A model generated the notes under the pieces. The model searched no databases. It had not been told where the DNA came from and worked only from the letters and a program-made list of their open reading frames with translations. Made by a program: the position numbers and the translations under genes. 64,000 bases of DNA from an uncultured delta proteobacterium (GTDB lineage Bacteria; Myxococcota_A; Polyangia; Fen-1088): contig CAVYGB010000008.1 of the NCBI GenBank assembly GCA_963767925.1, positions 3,168,001-3,232,000 on the forward strand, written 5' to 3'. Positions 49,232 to 58,731 of this stretch are shown here, piece by piece; position 1 is the first letter of the stretch; each line of letters opens with the position of its first letter.

Positions 49232-50395
49232 TCATTCGAGCGCGCCCGAGCCGGTGATCTCGCGGCCGACGATGAGGGTGTGGATGTCGTGCGTCCCCTC
49301 GTAGGTGTCGACGGTCTCGAGGTTGAGCATGTGGCGAATGGCGTGGTGCTCGAGCGAGACGCCCGCCGCGCCCAGGATCTCCCGGGCCGCGCGCGCCGCG
49401 GTCAGCGCCGCCCGGACGTTGTCCCGCTTGGCCAGGCTGACCTGGGTGGGCCGGAGCGTACCTTCGTCCTTGAGCCGCCCCAGCCGCCAGGCGACGAGCA
49501 ACCCGCGGGTGTGATCCGAGACCATCCGGACCAGCTTGTCCTGCACGAGTTGACGGGCCGCGATGGGCCGCCCGAACGTGGTTCGACCACGCGCGAAGTC
49601 GAGGGCCTCGGTATATACGGCCTCCAGCGCGCCGAGCGCGCCCCAGGCGATGCCGTAGCGGGCCTGGGTCAGGCAAGCCAGCGCCGTCTTGAGCCCCACC
49701 GCACCCGGCAGGACCGCGTCGGCCGGCAAGTGGACGTCCTCGAGCAGCAGCTCGCTGGTCACCGAGGCGCGCAGGCTGACCTTGCGCTCGATCTCGCGGG
49801 CGGAGAAGCCCCGGGTGTCCCGGGGGACCAGGAACCCGCGGATCTGCCCGGCGTCGTCCTTGGCCCAGATCACGGCGACGTCGGCGATGCCGCCGTTGGT
49901 GATCCAGAGCTTGTTGCCCGAGAGCACCCAGCCGTCGCCGTCGCGGCGGGCCCGGGTCTTCATGTTGCCTTCCGGATCGCTGCCGCCGTCGCTCTCGGTG
50001 AGCCCGAAGCAGCCGACCAGGCGGCCCCGCCCCAGCTCGGGCAGGTAGCGGCGCTGCTGCTCGGGCGAGCCATAGCGGGCGATGGGGTACATCACCAGCG
50101 AGGACTGCACGCTGGCGAAGCTGCGCAGGCCCGAGTCGATCCGCTCGAGCTCGTACATGACGAGGCCGTAGGCGACGTTCGAGACGCCCGCTCCGCCCTG
50201 CTCGACCGGGAGGCTGGCCCCCAGCATGCCCTGCGACCCGAGGCCGGTGACGAGGTGGCGGGGAAACTCCCCTTTTTCCCAGGCCTGGCGGATCCCCGGC
50301 AGCGCCTCGGCCTCGAGGAAGGCCCGGCTGGCCCGCTGGATCTCGCGCTCCTCGGGGCGAAAGAGATCGGCCACGCCGAGAAAGTCGAGCGTCAT
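49232..50395 (-). CDS. gcdH: Acyl-CoA dehydrogenase, glutaryl-CoA dehydrogenase-like
   Basis: ELERIDSGLRSFASVQSSLVM, CFGLTE, QARYGIAWG, TYEGTHDIH. Confidence 0.85.
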   Translation of the reverse strand: MTLDFLGVADLFRPEEREIQRASRAFLEAEALPGIRQAWEKGEFPRHLVTGLGSQGMLGASLPVEQGGAGVSNVAYGLVMYELERIDSGLRSFASVQSSLVMYPIARYGSPEQQRRYLPELGRGRLVGCFGLTESDGGSDPEGNMKTRARRDGDGWVLSGNKLWITNGGIADVAVIWAKDDAGQIRGFLVPRDTRGFSAREIERKVSLRASVTSELLLEDVHLPADAVLPGAVGLKTALACLTQARYGIAWGALGALEAVYTEALDFARGRTTFGRPIAARQLVQDKLVRMVSDHTRGLLVAWRLGRLKDEGTLRPTQVSLAKRDNVRAALTAARAAREILGAAGVSLEHHAIRHMLNLETVDTYEGTHDIHTLIVGREITGSGALE

Positions 50396-50408
50396 GACAG
50401 AGCCTCCG

Positions 50409-51653
50409 TCAGGTGTGCGAGAGGCGGCGGCCCCGCAGGCGCACGCCGGCGTGAAGGGCCAGGCCGGCGGCCAGGCCGAGCCAGAGCGGCAGGAAGAAGG
50501 CGATGAGGGGGCCGTTGTCCTGACTGAACAGCCCCACCGCCTTGCCGATCAGGCCGAGCAACGAAGCGGCCGCCGCGGCGGCGGCGAGGAAATAGGCCCT
50601 GCGGGCCCCGGCCGCCCGGCCGCGGGCGACCTGCACGCCGTAGCCGGCCAGCAGCAGCGCCCAGGGAGCCGTCTGCAAGATGTTCGCGTTGGCGTGGGTG
50701 GCCCGGTGATCGGTCACCGCCCAGAGGAAGACGAGCACGGTCCCGAGCAGGCCCAGCACGAGCCCCAGGACGGCGCTGACGCCCCCGAGGCCGAGGCGGG
50801 CCCAGCGCTGGCTGCGGGCCAGCCAGCCGAGCACGACCGCGAGACCGCCCGCGAGGACGCCGGCCAGCAGGAAGTAGCCCAGGCGCTGGGGCGGGGTGGC
50901 CGGCAGATCGGCGCGGGTGGATCGATAGACCACCCGCTCGGACTTGACCAGCGGCAGCCCGGCGCCGTCCGCTCCCGGGGGCAGGATCACCTGGCGGAGC
51001 TGATCGCGGAGCTCCATGGGCACGAACCCCTCTTCCCAGAGGGTCATGGGCCGGTCGGCCACCTGCCCGAGGGCGTAGTAGAGGGCGAGGTACAGCCAGG
51101 GCGCGTCGGCGGTGAGGGCCAGGGCGTGGCTGCGGTAGGTGCTGGCGGTGGGCGTACGGGTGGCGGCCCGCAGGCGACCGCCGGTGCTGGCGTCGATGGC
51201 GTCGCGCACCCGGGTCGAGCAGTTGTCGTAGAAGTAGTCGTAGAGGTAATAGCGGTTCTGGGGGAGGGCGTTGTGCTCGAGCCGCTGGTACAGCGCCCAG
51301 CGCTGGGCGGGCGTCAGGTTCAGCTCCTGCAGCTCGACCGTGCGGTTCTCCTCGACGTAGTGGGCGATGGTGGCGTCGCGCTCGGTGCGCGCGAGCCAGT
51401 ACATGTAGCGGCCCAGCAGGAACTTCGGCAGCAGCGCGGGCGAGCCGAAGTTGAACATGCCGAAGTTGTAGATGATGTTCCGCCCCTCGGCGTTTTCGAC
51501 CAGGATGGCGTTGTGCCCGAACTTGTAAAACGGGTGTAGCCCCGCGCCGAAGGTGATCATCGAGACGCGAAGATCCTCGCCGGATCCCTGGGCCAGCGCC
51601 GGTTCCGGGGAGGAGGCGGCGAAGAAGGCGGCAAGGGAGACGGCGGCGAGCAA
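50409..51653 (-). CDS. DUF4105 (Lnb-like) membrane protein
   Basis: FGHNAI, YNFGMF, YDYFYDNCSTR; several C-terminal TM helices. Confidence 0.85.
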   Translation of the reverse strand: MLAAVSLAAFFAASSPEPALAQGSGEDLRVSMITFGAGLHPFYKFGHNAILVENAEGRNIIYNFGMFNFGSPALLPKFLLGRYMYWLARTERDATIAHYVEENRTVELQELNLTPAQRWALYQRLEHNALPQNRYYLYDYFYDNCSTRVRDAIDASTGGRLRAATRTPTASTYRSHALALTADAPWLYLALYYALGQVADRPMTLWEEGFVPMELRDQLRQVILPPGADGAGLPLVKSERVVYRSTRADLPATPPQRLGYFLLAGVLAGGLAVVLGWLARSQRWARLGLGGVSAVLGLVLGLLGTVLVFLWAVTDHRATHANANILQTAPWALLLAGYGVQVARGRAAGARRAYFLAAAAAAASLLGLIGKAVGLFSQDNGPLIAFFLPLWLGLAAGLALHAGVRLRGRRLSHT

Positions 51654-51730
51654 CGAAGCGCGAGAGGCGGTACGCAGAGCCCGTTCAGGCTGATTGGCTT
51701 GCCCGCCCCTGTCAAGACCAGCGTTGCCGG

Positions 51731-52357
51731 TCAGGCCGGCTCGATGCCGTGGTGGAGGACGGCGATGACGAGGTCGTGGTCGGGCTCGGCGCGGTAGTCG
51801 TGGACGGTGCCCGCGTCGCGGACGATCCGGCTGCCGGGGCCGAAGCCGCTCTCGCCGTCGCGCAGCGTCCCTTCCAGGACGAAGGTCGTCTCGGACCCGC
51901 CCACGTGCCGGTGGCGGAAGAATGTCACGCCGGCGCGCAGGCGCACCAGCCCCGCCTCCACCCCGGCGGCGCCGGCCAGGCGCGGTCCGGGCGCGAAGTG
52001 CTGGTATTCGATGCCGGGAGCGTAGGTCTGCCAGGTGGCCGACTGATCGATGCGCTCGAGCAGGGCGCGGATCGCCTCGACCTGGAGGTCGAAGATGCGG
52101 CTCAGCTCGGCCAGGAAGGGGAAGGGAAAGGACCGGGTGGGCAGGCCAACCGAGGCGAGGATCCGCGCGCGCAGCGCGAACGATGGCGACACCGGACGCA
52201 GGCTGGCGGCGGCGACCGCCAGGGCCTCGGTCAAGGCCGCCACCTCCCGCCGCAGAGCGGGCGACGCGGCCACCAGGGCCTCCATCTCCCGCATCTCGGC
52301 GGGTGGGAGGATGCCGAGGACGAACTCGGGCAGCCGTTCCGGCACGTCGTCGCTCAC
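51731..52357 (-). CDS. ChrR-like anti-sigma factor with cupin domain
   Basis: GTG overlaps the sigma stop; FVLGIL anti-sigma-like N-terminus; HRH...E..VLEG...H cupin. Confidence 0.82.
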   Translation of the reverse strand: MSDDVPERLPEFVLGILPPAEMREMEALVAASPALRREVAALTEALAVAAASLRPVSPSFALRARILASVGLPTRSFPFPFLAELSRIFDLQVEAIRALLERIDQSATWQTYAPGIEYQHFAPGPRLAGAAGVEAGLVRLRAGVTFFRHRHVGGSETTFVLEGTLRDGESGFGPGSRIVRDAGTVHDYRAEPDHDLVIAVLHHGIEPA

Positions 52358-52938
52358 GACGGGTCTCCGCCCGCGCCGAGGCCCTGCCGCAGGCTCGCCA
52401 GCGCGCGGGCCAGGCGGGATTTCACCGTACCGGTGGGGATGCCGAGGTGATCGGCGATCCCGGTGCACGATAGACCTTCGAAGTAGGCGAGCTCGACGAC
52501 CTGCCCCAGCTCCTCGGGCAGCTCCGCGATCCGTCCGCGCAGACGCTGGCCGTCGAGCCCCTCGGGCTGACCTGGGGAAGGCGCGTCGGCCTCCTGCGCC
52601 AGCCGCCGATCGCCCTGAGCCTGGCGGGCAGCCGCCGCCCGGCGGTCGAGGCAGCGCGAGCGCATGCGGGTCGAGAGCCAGGCCCGCGCGGTCCCCCGGG
52701 CCGGATCGAAGTCGCGGGCGTGGTGCCAGGCCTCGACGAACGTGTCGTGCAGGACGTCCTCCGCGGCGGACCGGGAGCCCAGGATGCGCAGGCCCAGGGC
52801 CAGCAGCAGGGGGGCATGGCGATCGTAGAGCGCCGCCAGCGCCTCGCGGTCACCGCGGGCGAGCGCCAGACAGAGCGCACTGTCGTCGGGGGCCGACCCC
52901 GCCGCCGACCTGCCGTCGCTCCTCGGCTCCCCCTGCAT
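52354..52938 (-). CDS. ECF sigma-70 factor (SigK/RpoE-like)
   Basis: GDREALAALYDRH, AEDVLHDTF, FDPARG, LAYFEGLS, GTVKSRLARA. Confidence 0.92.
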   Translation of the reverse strand: MQGEPRSDGRSAAGSAPDDSALCLALARGDREALAALYDRHAPLLLALGLRILGSRSAAEDVLHDTFVEAWHHARDFDPARGTARAWLSTRMRSRCLDRRAAAARQAQGDRRLAQEADAPSPGQPEGLDGQRLRGRIAELPEELGQVVELAYFEGLSCTGIADHLGIPTGTVKSRLARALASLRQGLGAGGDPS

Positions 52939-53034
52939 GGGCCGCAATCTACCAGGGCGGAGGCGCACCCGGCCGGCAAAAACCCCGAGCGGGCCGGCGA
53001 CGGGCGGATCACAGCGGGTAAACTGCAGGTAGCC

Positions 53035-53640
53035 ATGAGCGCCACCGATCCCGTCGCCCTCGACCCCCTCGCCCTGTTCCGCGCCTGGTTCGACGGGGCG
53101 GTCGCCGCCGGGGTTGTCGAGCCGGAGGCGATGGCCCTGGCCAGCGCCACCAGCGCGGGTCGGCCCAGCGTGCGTTACGTCCTTTATCGAGGGGTGAGCG
53201 GCGGGGGGATCCGGTTCTTCACCAACCTCGAGAGCCGCAAGGGCGGCGAGCTGCTGAGCAACCCCCAGGCCGCCGCCGTCTTCCTCTGGAACGCGCCCGG
53301 CCTGCGGGAGCAGATCCGGCTCGAGGGGCGGGTCGAGCGCCTGTCGGCCGCCGAGGACGACGCCTACTTCCTCTCGCGTCCGCGCGGGCACCGCCTGGCC
53401 GCTCTGGCTTCGCCCCAGAGCCGGCCCATCGCCCACGCCGACCTGCTCGCGCGCTACGCCGAGCTCGAGCGGGCGCACGCCGGCCAGGAGGTGCCCCGGC
53501 CCGACAACTGGGGGGGCTTTCGCCTCATCCCCTCGGTCGTCGAACGCTGGATCGCGCAGGACAACCGCCTGCACCGGCGCACCCGCTACCGCCGCCCCGA
53601 CCCCGCGGGCCCCTGGCAGGTCGAGGAACTGGGTCCCTAG
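53035..53640 (+). CDS. pdxH: Pyridoxamine 5'-phosphate oxidase
   Basis: EPEAMALAS, PSVRYVL, FFTNLESRKG, YFLSRPR, SPQS, WGGFR, NRLHRR. Confidence 0.95.
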   Translation: MSATDPVALDPLALFRAWFDGAVAAGVVEPEAMALASATSAGRPSVRYVLYRGVSGGGIRFFTNLESRKGGELLSNPQAAAVFLWNAPGLREQIRLEGRVERLSAAEDDAYFLSRPRGHRLAALASPQSRPIAHADLLARYAELERAHAGQEVPRPDNWGGFRLIPSVVERWIAQDNRLHRRTRYRRPDPAGPWQVEELGP

Positions 53641-53801
53641 TCCCCTGGAACGGTGATTTCTTGCATATCTCGCCGGTCCTCTTCGTCCCTGGCTGCGTTG
53701 CTCGTCGGTTAAATACGCCCGGTATTCGCCCTCCTCGCGCCTTGCCAGGAACGAAGATGCCTCGCCGACATATGCAAGCCTTCACCGTTCCAGGGGACTA
53801 G
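53637..53801. mobile_element. ~165-bp hairpin MITE-like element, copy 2 (inverted relative to copy 1)
   Basis: Same CTAGTCCCCTGGAA termini and core as 41270-41433. Confidence 0.85.
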
Positions 53802-53902
53802 CGCACCGCAGTCGAAATAGCACTGGGGACTGTTTTCGAAGTGGTCGGGCTCCCTCGCTTGGCTCGGGCCCGACCGGGCAGCGCCGGACGGCCCGGCGGT
53901 GG

Positions 53903-54481
53903 CTACTTGATCACGGTGGCGAGGCGGAGGAGGTCGCTGCTGAAGGAGGCGCCTTCGGTCTTCGAGGCGGGGAGGTTGATCATGATGGTGGGGCGCGAGT
54001 TGATCAGGAAGACCCCCAGCGAGGCGCCCTTCCTGACGTAGTCCTCGCGGCTGCCCACCGTCACGACCTTGCCCTTGCGGGTCAGCTCCAGGATCTCGCT
54101 CAGGTTCGACTCCAGCCCCGGGCAGACGTAGAGGACGTCGACCGCCTCGGAGCCGGATCCGATGCTGGGCCCGAGGGAGGCGGCGTCCTTGAAGTCCAGC
54201 GCGATCACCCGCAGCGGCAGCCCGGCCAGCTTCAGGTTCCCCACCCCTTTCCAGGCCTTCAGCATGGCGGCGGCGCTCGCCTCGGAGGCGGCGTTGCCCG
54301 GCCTGGACAGGATGGCGATGCGCACCTCGGCGCCGACCCGCTCCTTGAAGTTGTCGTCGTAGACCAGCGCGCGCGAGAGGATGAGCACCTGCTGGTCGGC
54401 GAGGACGTCGTCGGCGGACCGAGCCTCCGGGGAAACCCCGCTGGCGCAGAAGAACGCCAGAGACCAGGCCAGCAAGCGCAC
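53903..54481 (-). CDS. YfiR/DUF4154-like periplasmic protein
   Basis: Signal peptide; C-terminal INLPASKTEGASFSSDLLRLATVI; start uncertain (54481 or 54565). Confidence 0.75.
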   Translation of the reverse strand: MRLLAWSLAFFCASGVSPEARSADDVLADQQVLILSRALVYDDNFKERVGAEVRIAILSRPGNAASEASAAAMLKAWKGVGNLKLAGLPLRVIALDFKDAASLGPSIGSGSEAVDVLYVCPGLESNLSEILELTRKGKVVTVGSREDYVRKGASLGVFLINSRPTIMINLPASKTEGASFSSDLLRLATVIK

Positions 54482-54715
54482 GAAAAAGCGGGTAGGTGCG
54501 GCGCCGTGACCACCGTTTCGCCTACGCAGGCTCCGGGCCAGCGACCAGTCAGACCGCGCTCGCACTTCCGCTTTCCATCACCTTGCGCAGCAGATTAATA
54601 GTAATACGCATCGACCCCCGTGGCCCTCCACAGGGACGCGCGACCAGGAGGATTTGCTCAAACGCCACGGCAGGGGTAGCCGCTTGTGGACAGCGGTGGC
54701 AGGCGACGCCCGCGC

Positions 54716-56572
54716 TCAGGGCAGCGTCACGCCGGCGAGGACCAGGTTGGCGCTGTAGAGGATGTCGGGCTCGGTTGTGGTCCACCACCCGACCTCGTAG
54801 CTCCCCTCGGGCAGGAAACCACCGTCCCAGAGGTCGCTCTGACGCCAGTGCCACAGGGAGTGGGGGGGAAGGCCCGAGCGCAGCGGGCTGGGGTTGTCCC
54901 ACAGCAGCGCCTTGGCCGGCGCTCCCGGCGCGAGAAAGCCCATGTCACGGGCGTTGGGTCCGCCGATGAGGAAGCCGGGCGGCGGCGGCTCGCGGGCGCC
55001 CCACTCGAGGTGGTAGATGCGCGTGGGACCGCGCCCCACACCCGTCACCATCGAGCAGCCGCTCGGGTTGCGCCCGAGCACCCAGTGCCACTGATCGCGG
55101 GCCGCCTCGGCCAGCCAGCTCTCCTCGGGGTGCAGGCGGGCGGCGGTGGCGAGCACGTGGGCCTTCTCCATGAGGTTGGAGTTGTGGCCCCAGTAGTAGT
55201 CGTCGGCGGTGGAGGCGCAGCGGTAGCCGTCGCCCCGCTCGATCTGGCCGCGCATCGACAGGGCCATCTCGAGCAGCCGACCGGCGCTCTCACGGCGCAG
55301 GTCGGCCGGGGTCCCGGCGTCGAGCGCCAGGCCCTGCAGCCCCCAGCGGCTGAGGTTGGCCCAGGCGCCGCGCAGGCAGGCCTCCGATCCGGTCTCGTCG
55401 CCGAGCTGGACGCGTTGCCGGGCGAAGGCAAGCGCCTCGGGATCGCGGAAGGTGCGCCAGACCTCGACGGCCGCCACGAAGCGGGCCCCGAGATCGTTGA
55501 AGGCAGGCTCGTCGTCCCACAGGGGCTGGGCCCCGCCGGCGCGGCGGTCGGCCCGGATCTGCTCGGGGTGCTGGCGCAAGAAGGCCCAGCCCCGGCGGGC
55601 GGCCCCCGCGGCCCGGCGGGCGAACGCCGGATCCCAGTCGGCATACAGGCGGGCCGCCAGGGCCAGCGCGCTCACCGCCTTGGCGCTGGCGGCGGTGCTG
55701 ATGCCGGCCACCCAGCGCACGCTGCTGTCCTGATCGGCGGGCCCCTCGGGCGAGGTGTCGGTCACCGACTCGCGGTGGCGGAAGGCGCCGCCCGGCTCCT
55801 GCATCGAGAGCACCCAGCGCAGGCCCCACTTCACCTCGTCGAGCAGGTCGGGGACGCCGTTGCCCGATTCGGGGATGCCGAGCAGGTGATCGGCGAAACG
55901 TTCGGGCGCCCACTCGTAGGCCATCAGCAAAGCAGAGGCGGCGGGCGCCAGCGAGGGGACGTATATGTCGAAGTTGCCGGCGTCGTGCCAGCCGGCCTCG
56001 AGGGCGAACCGCCGGCGCTTGGCGGGATAGTCGTTGAGATCCCAGCCCACCTCTTCGTGATCGTGGCTGGCGTGCTCGCGCAGGTAGGCCCGTCCCTCCC
56101 AGACCGCGTGGGGCGCCGCCAGCGAGGTGCGGGTGCGCTGGAAATAGAAGCTCTTCTGGGCGGCCAGCAAGCCGCGCTCGTACACGTCGGGCGCCACCTC
56201 GAAGGGCGCGCTCTCGCTGCCGCCACAGGTGAGGACGTAGCGGCCCGGTCGCTGCAGGGCGGAGAAGTCGAGCTGCCAGACCCGCTCGCCCGAGGCGCGA
56301 TCGAGGCCGAAGGCCAGCACCCGGGAGGGGTCCAGGATCAGCGCGGGCGTCGGCTCGAGGGTGATGCGACCGCGCAGGTTGGTGGGGCCGGCGATGCGCC
56401 AGATGGCGGCGTCGGTCGGCTCGACGCTGGCGACGGCGATCTTCCGCCAGGTAGGCGGATAACCGACCGTGTTGACCTTGACCGCAGGGATCTGCTCGCC
56501 CGACCCGGGGAGAGTGGGCGCGCGCTGCGGCCCGTAGCGGCGCAGATCGAGGGCTGCCTGGGGGGCCTTCAT
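54716..56572 (-). CDS. Glycoside hydrolase family 9 with N-terminal Ig-like module
   Basis: VNTVGY, LDFS, PGRY, FYFQR, GWHDAGN, PDLLDEVKW, LGRNP, TTEPDI. Confidence 0.88.
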   Translation of the reverse strand: MKAPQAALDLRRYGPQRAPTLPGSGEQIPAVKVNTVGYPPTWRKIAVASVEPTDAAIWRIAGPTNLRGRITLEPTPALILDPSRVLAFGLDRASGERVWQLDFSALQRPGRYVLTCGGSESAPFEVAPDVYERGLLAAQKSFYFQRTRTSLAAPHAVWEGRAYLREHASHDHEEVGWDLNDYPAKRRRFALEAGWHDAGNFDIYVPSLAPAASALLMAYEWAPERFADHLLGIPESGNGVPDLLDEVKWGLRWVLSMQEPGGAFRHRESVTDTSPEGPADQDSSVRWVAGISTAASAKAVSALALAARLYADWDPAFARRAAGAARRGWAFLRQHPEQIRADRRAGGAQPLWDDEPAFNDLGARFVAAVEVWRTFRDPEALAFARQRVQLGDETGSEACLRGAWANLSRWGLQGLALDAGTPADLRRESAGRLLEMALSMRGQIERGDGYRCASTADDYYWGHNSNLMEKAHVLATAARLHPEESWLAEAARDQWHWVLGRNPSGCSMVTGVGRGPTRIYHLEWGAREPPPPGFLIGGPNARDMGFLAPGAPAKALLWDNPSPLRSGLPPHSLWHWRQSDLWDGGFLPEGSYEVGWWTTTEPDILYSANLVLAGVTLP

Positions 56573-56749
56573 CGCGCCACCGTCCTTGTGATGACGGATC
56601 GGCGGCCCGTTTCAGGTATCAAAATGGCTGAAAGCCACCCTCGCTTTCAGCGTCGCGCGCGTCGAGATCGCCGCCGGATTTTTCTCGGCAGCGTCGACGG
56701 TGACGCGACTGCCGGAAGCGACGGCGCGCGGGCGCCAGTCCGCTCGGGA

Positions 56750-58576
56750 TCAGCTCTGCGCGTGCCGGAGTGTGTAGAAACGGCGGTATTCGCCGGGGGT
56801 CTGCCCCACCACCTTCTTGAACGAGCGCAGCAGGTGGTGCTGCGACTGGAAGCCGCAGCTCTGGGCGATCTGCTCGGTGGTGAGGGCCGAGGAGGAGAGC
56901 AGCCGCTTGGCGTGCTCGACCCGCAGCGACCGCACGTAAGAGAGGAAGGAGGTGCCGGTGGCTTGCTTGAAGGCCCGCGTGAACACCGGGACCGAGAAGC
57001 CAGCCCGCCGGGCCACCTCGGGCAGGCGCAGCGGCTCGGCGAAGTTCTCCCGCAGGTACTGCAGGGTGGCCTCCAGGCGCAGCACCTTGGGACCGTGCAG
57101 GGCCGAGGTGGAGACCAGGCTCAGGCGAGCGAGCGCTTCCTTGAAGCCCTCGATGACCTGGTACAGCGACTGGGCCTCCTCGAGCTTGCCGACCAGGTCG
57201 TTGGCGAACCGATCGCGGGCCTCGGCCCGGATCGGGTAGCGGCGCTCGATCCCGGTCAGGAGCTGGAACAGCACCGACAGGAACTGGCTGCGGGTCACCT
57301 CGATCCGTCCAGCCGAATAGCTCAGCACGAGCTGGACGTATTTGTCGCTCGCCAGCCGGATGGCCACGTCGCTCTCCCGCTCGAAGGCCTCGACGAGGGC
57401 GTCGACCGCCAGGTGCAGCTCGGCGTAGCGGAGGGTCGAGCCGCTGGCGTGCTCGTCGTAGAACAGCACGTCCTTCTCGAGCTGGGCGCACATGTGCAGG
57501 GCCAGGATGGCCTCGCGGTGGGACGGGTGCAGGGCGGCGCCCGGAGCCAGCGTGCGGCCGATGCCGACGATGGAGCGGACGTGGAACCGCTCCTTTACGA
57601 AGCCCTGGAACCGCTGGGCCCGCTCGCGCAGCTCGAGGCGGGCGCGGGCGGCGTTGCGCCCGGGCTCGGTCGAGGTGACGAGGGAGACGCCGTAGTCCTG
57701 CAGCCGGGTGGCGGCGGTCTCGGGCATCGAGCGGGCGAAGGCGATGAGGGCCCGCTGGATCTGGGCGTTGCGGACCAGGGTGCGCATGGGCTCGACCGCC
57801 TCGTCGGGCGGGTCGATCGGCATGAGGGTGATGGCGGTGGTGGGCAGCCGTTCGATGCCCAGCCCCTCTTTCATCCACTCGGTGAGCCGCCCCTCGTGGT
57901 GCCAGGGGGTGAGCTGGAACTTGTCCGAGCTGAGGGCAGCCCCGATCCAGTCCTCGATGGGCCAGAGGTTGGAGAAGTAGTCGCGGTTGAGGCGGTCGAC
58001 CGACTCCTGGATGCGGGGGCCGTCGTCGGCGTAACGGTTGGTGAGGAAGGAGGCGTAGAGCCGGATGAACGACTTGACCGCCTCGAGCAGGGGCTCCTCG
58101 AGCACCGGCAACGAGAGGGCCATGCGCACGAAGGCCGAGAAGTCCGGGTTGGCGCTGGCCGGCTCCAGGCCCGACAGCTCTCGCCACTGGGCGGTCAGGC
58201 CGTCCCAGTCGGGCGGGACCCGGTAGAACTGGCCGGTGTAGATGAAGGTCCGGCGCTCGTCATCCTCGGGGACGGCGTAGAATAGATCCCAGAAGCCGAG
58301 GATCTCCTTGAGGACCAGGCCCTCGCTGGCCCGCGCCTCCTCGAGCGCCGTCAGGTAGTGCTGGTCGCGCAGCTTGTCCTTGCCGAAGTAGATCTCGAAG
58401 TGAAACGGTTTGGCCCGCTGGCTGGGATCGGTGAGCTCCATCCAGTCGAGCGCGCCGTCGGCCGCTTGCCGGATCACCCAGAAGGGCAGCTCCGGACGGA
58501 GGGCGACGATGTTGTGGATGGCGTACGCGTCCTGAAGAGCGCCCAACCAATCGCGGAGGAGACGCTCGCGAGCCAT
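56750..58576 (-). CDS. AraC-family regulator with large (PocR-like) sensory N-terminus
   Basis: C-terminal double HTH (FTRAFKQATG, AKRLL, CGFQSQHHLLRSFKK..G.TP.EYR). Confidence 0.88.
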   Translation of the reverse strand: MARERLLRDWLGALQDAYAIHNIVALRPELPFWVIRQAADGALDWMELTDPSQRAKPFHFEIYFGKDKLRDQHYLTALEEARASEGLVLKEILGFWDLFYAVPEDDERRTFIYTGQFYRVPPDWDGLTAQWRELSGLEPASANPDFSAFVRMALSLPVLEEPLLEAVKSFIRLYASFLTNRYADDGPRIQESVDRLNRDYFSNLWPIEDWIGAALSSDKFQLTPWHHEGRLTEWMKEGLGIERLPTTAITLMPIDPPDEAVEPMRTLVRNAQIQRALIAFARSMPETAATRLQDYGVSLVTSTEPGRNAARARLELRERAQRFQGFVKERFHVRSIVGIGRTLAPGAALHPSHREAILALHMCAQLEKDVLFYDEHASGSTLRYAELHLAVDALVEAFERESDVAIRLASDKYVQLVLSYSAGRIEVTRSQFLSVLFQLLTGIERRYPIRAEARDRFANDLVGKLEEAQSLYQVIEGFKEALARLSLVSTSALHGPKVLRLEATLQYLRENFAEPLRLPEVARRAGFSVPVFTRAFKQATGTSFLSYVRSLRVEHAKRLLSSSALTTEQIAQSCGFQSQHHLLRSFKKVVGQTPGEYRRFYTLRHAQS

Positions 58577-58731
58577 TGGATGGAATTACATGCGGGCGGC
58601 GCCCGGTTTTCAACTGCTACCTGCGTCGATGCGGCGATTCGACCGGTTTCCTCCCGGCCGACACGGGACAATAACGCGTCGTGAGTGTAACGGCTCGACG
58701 GCGGGCAGTGTCCTGGGAGGGGAGAAACGAC

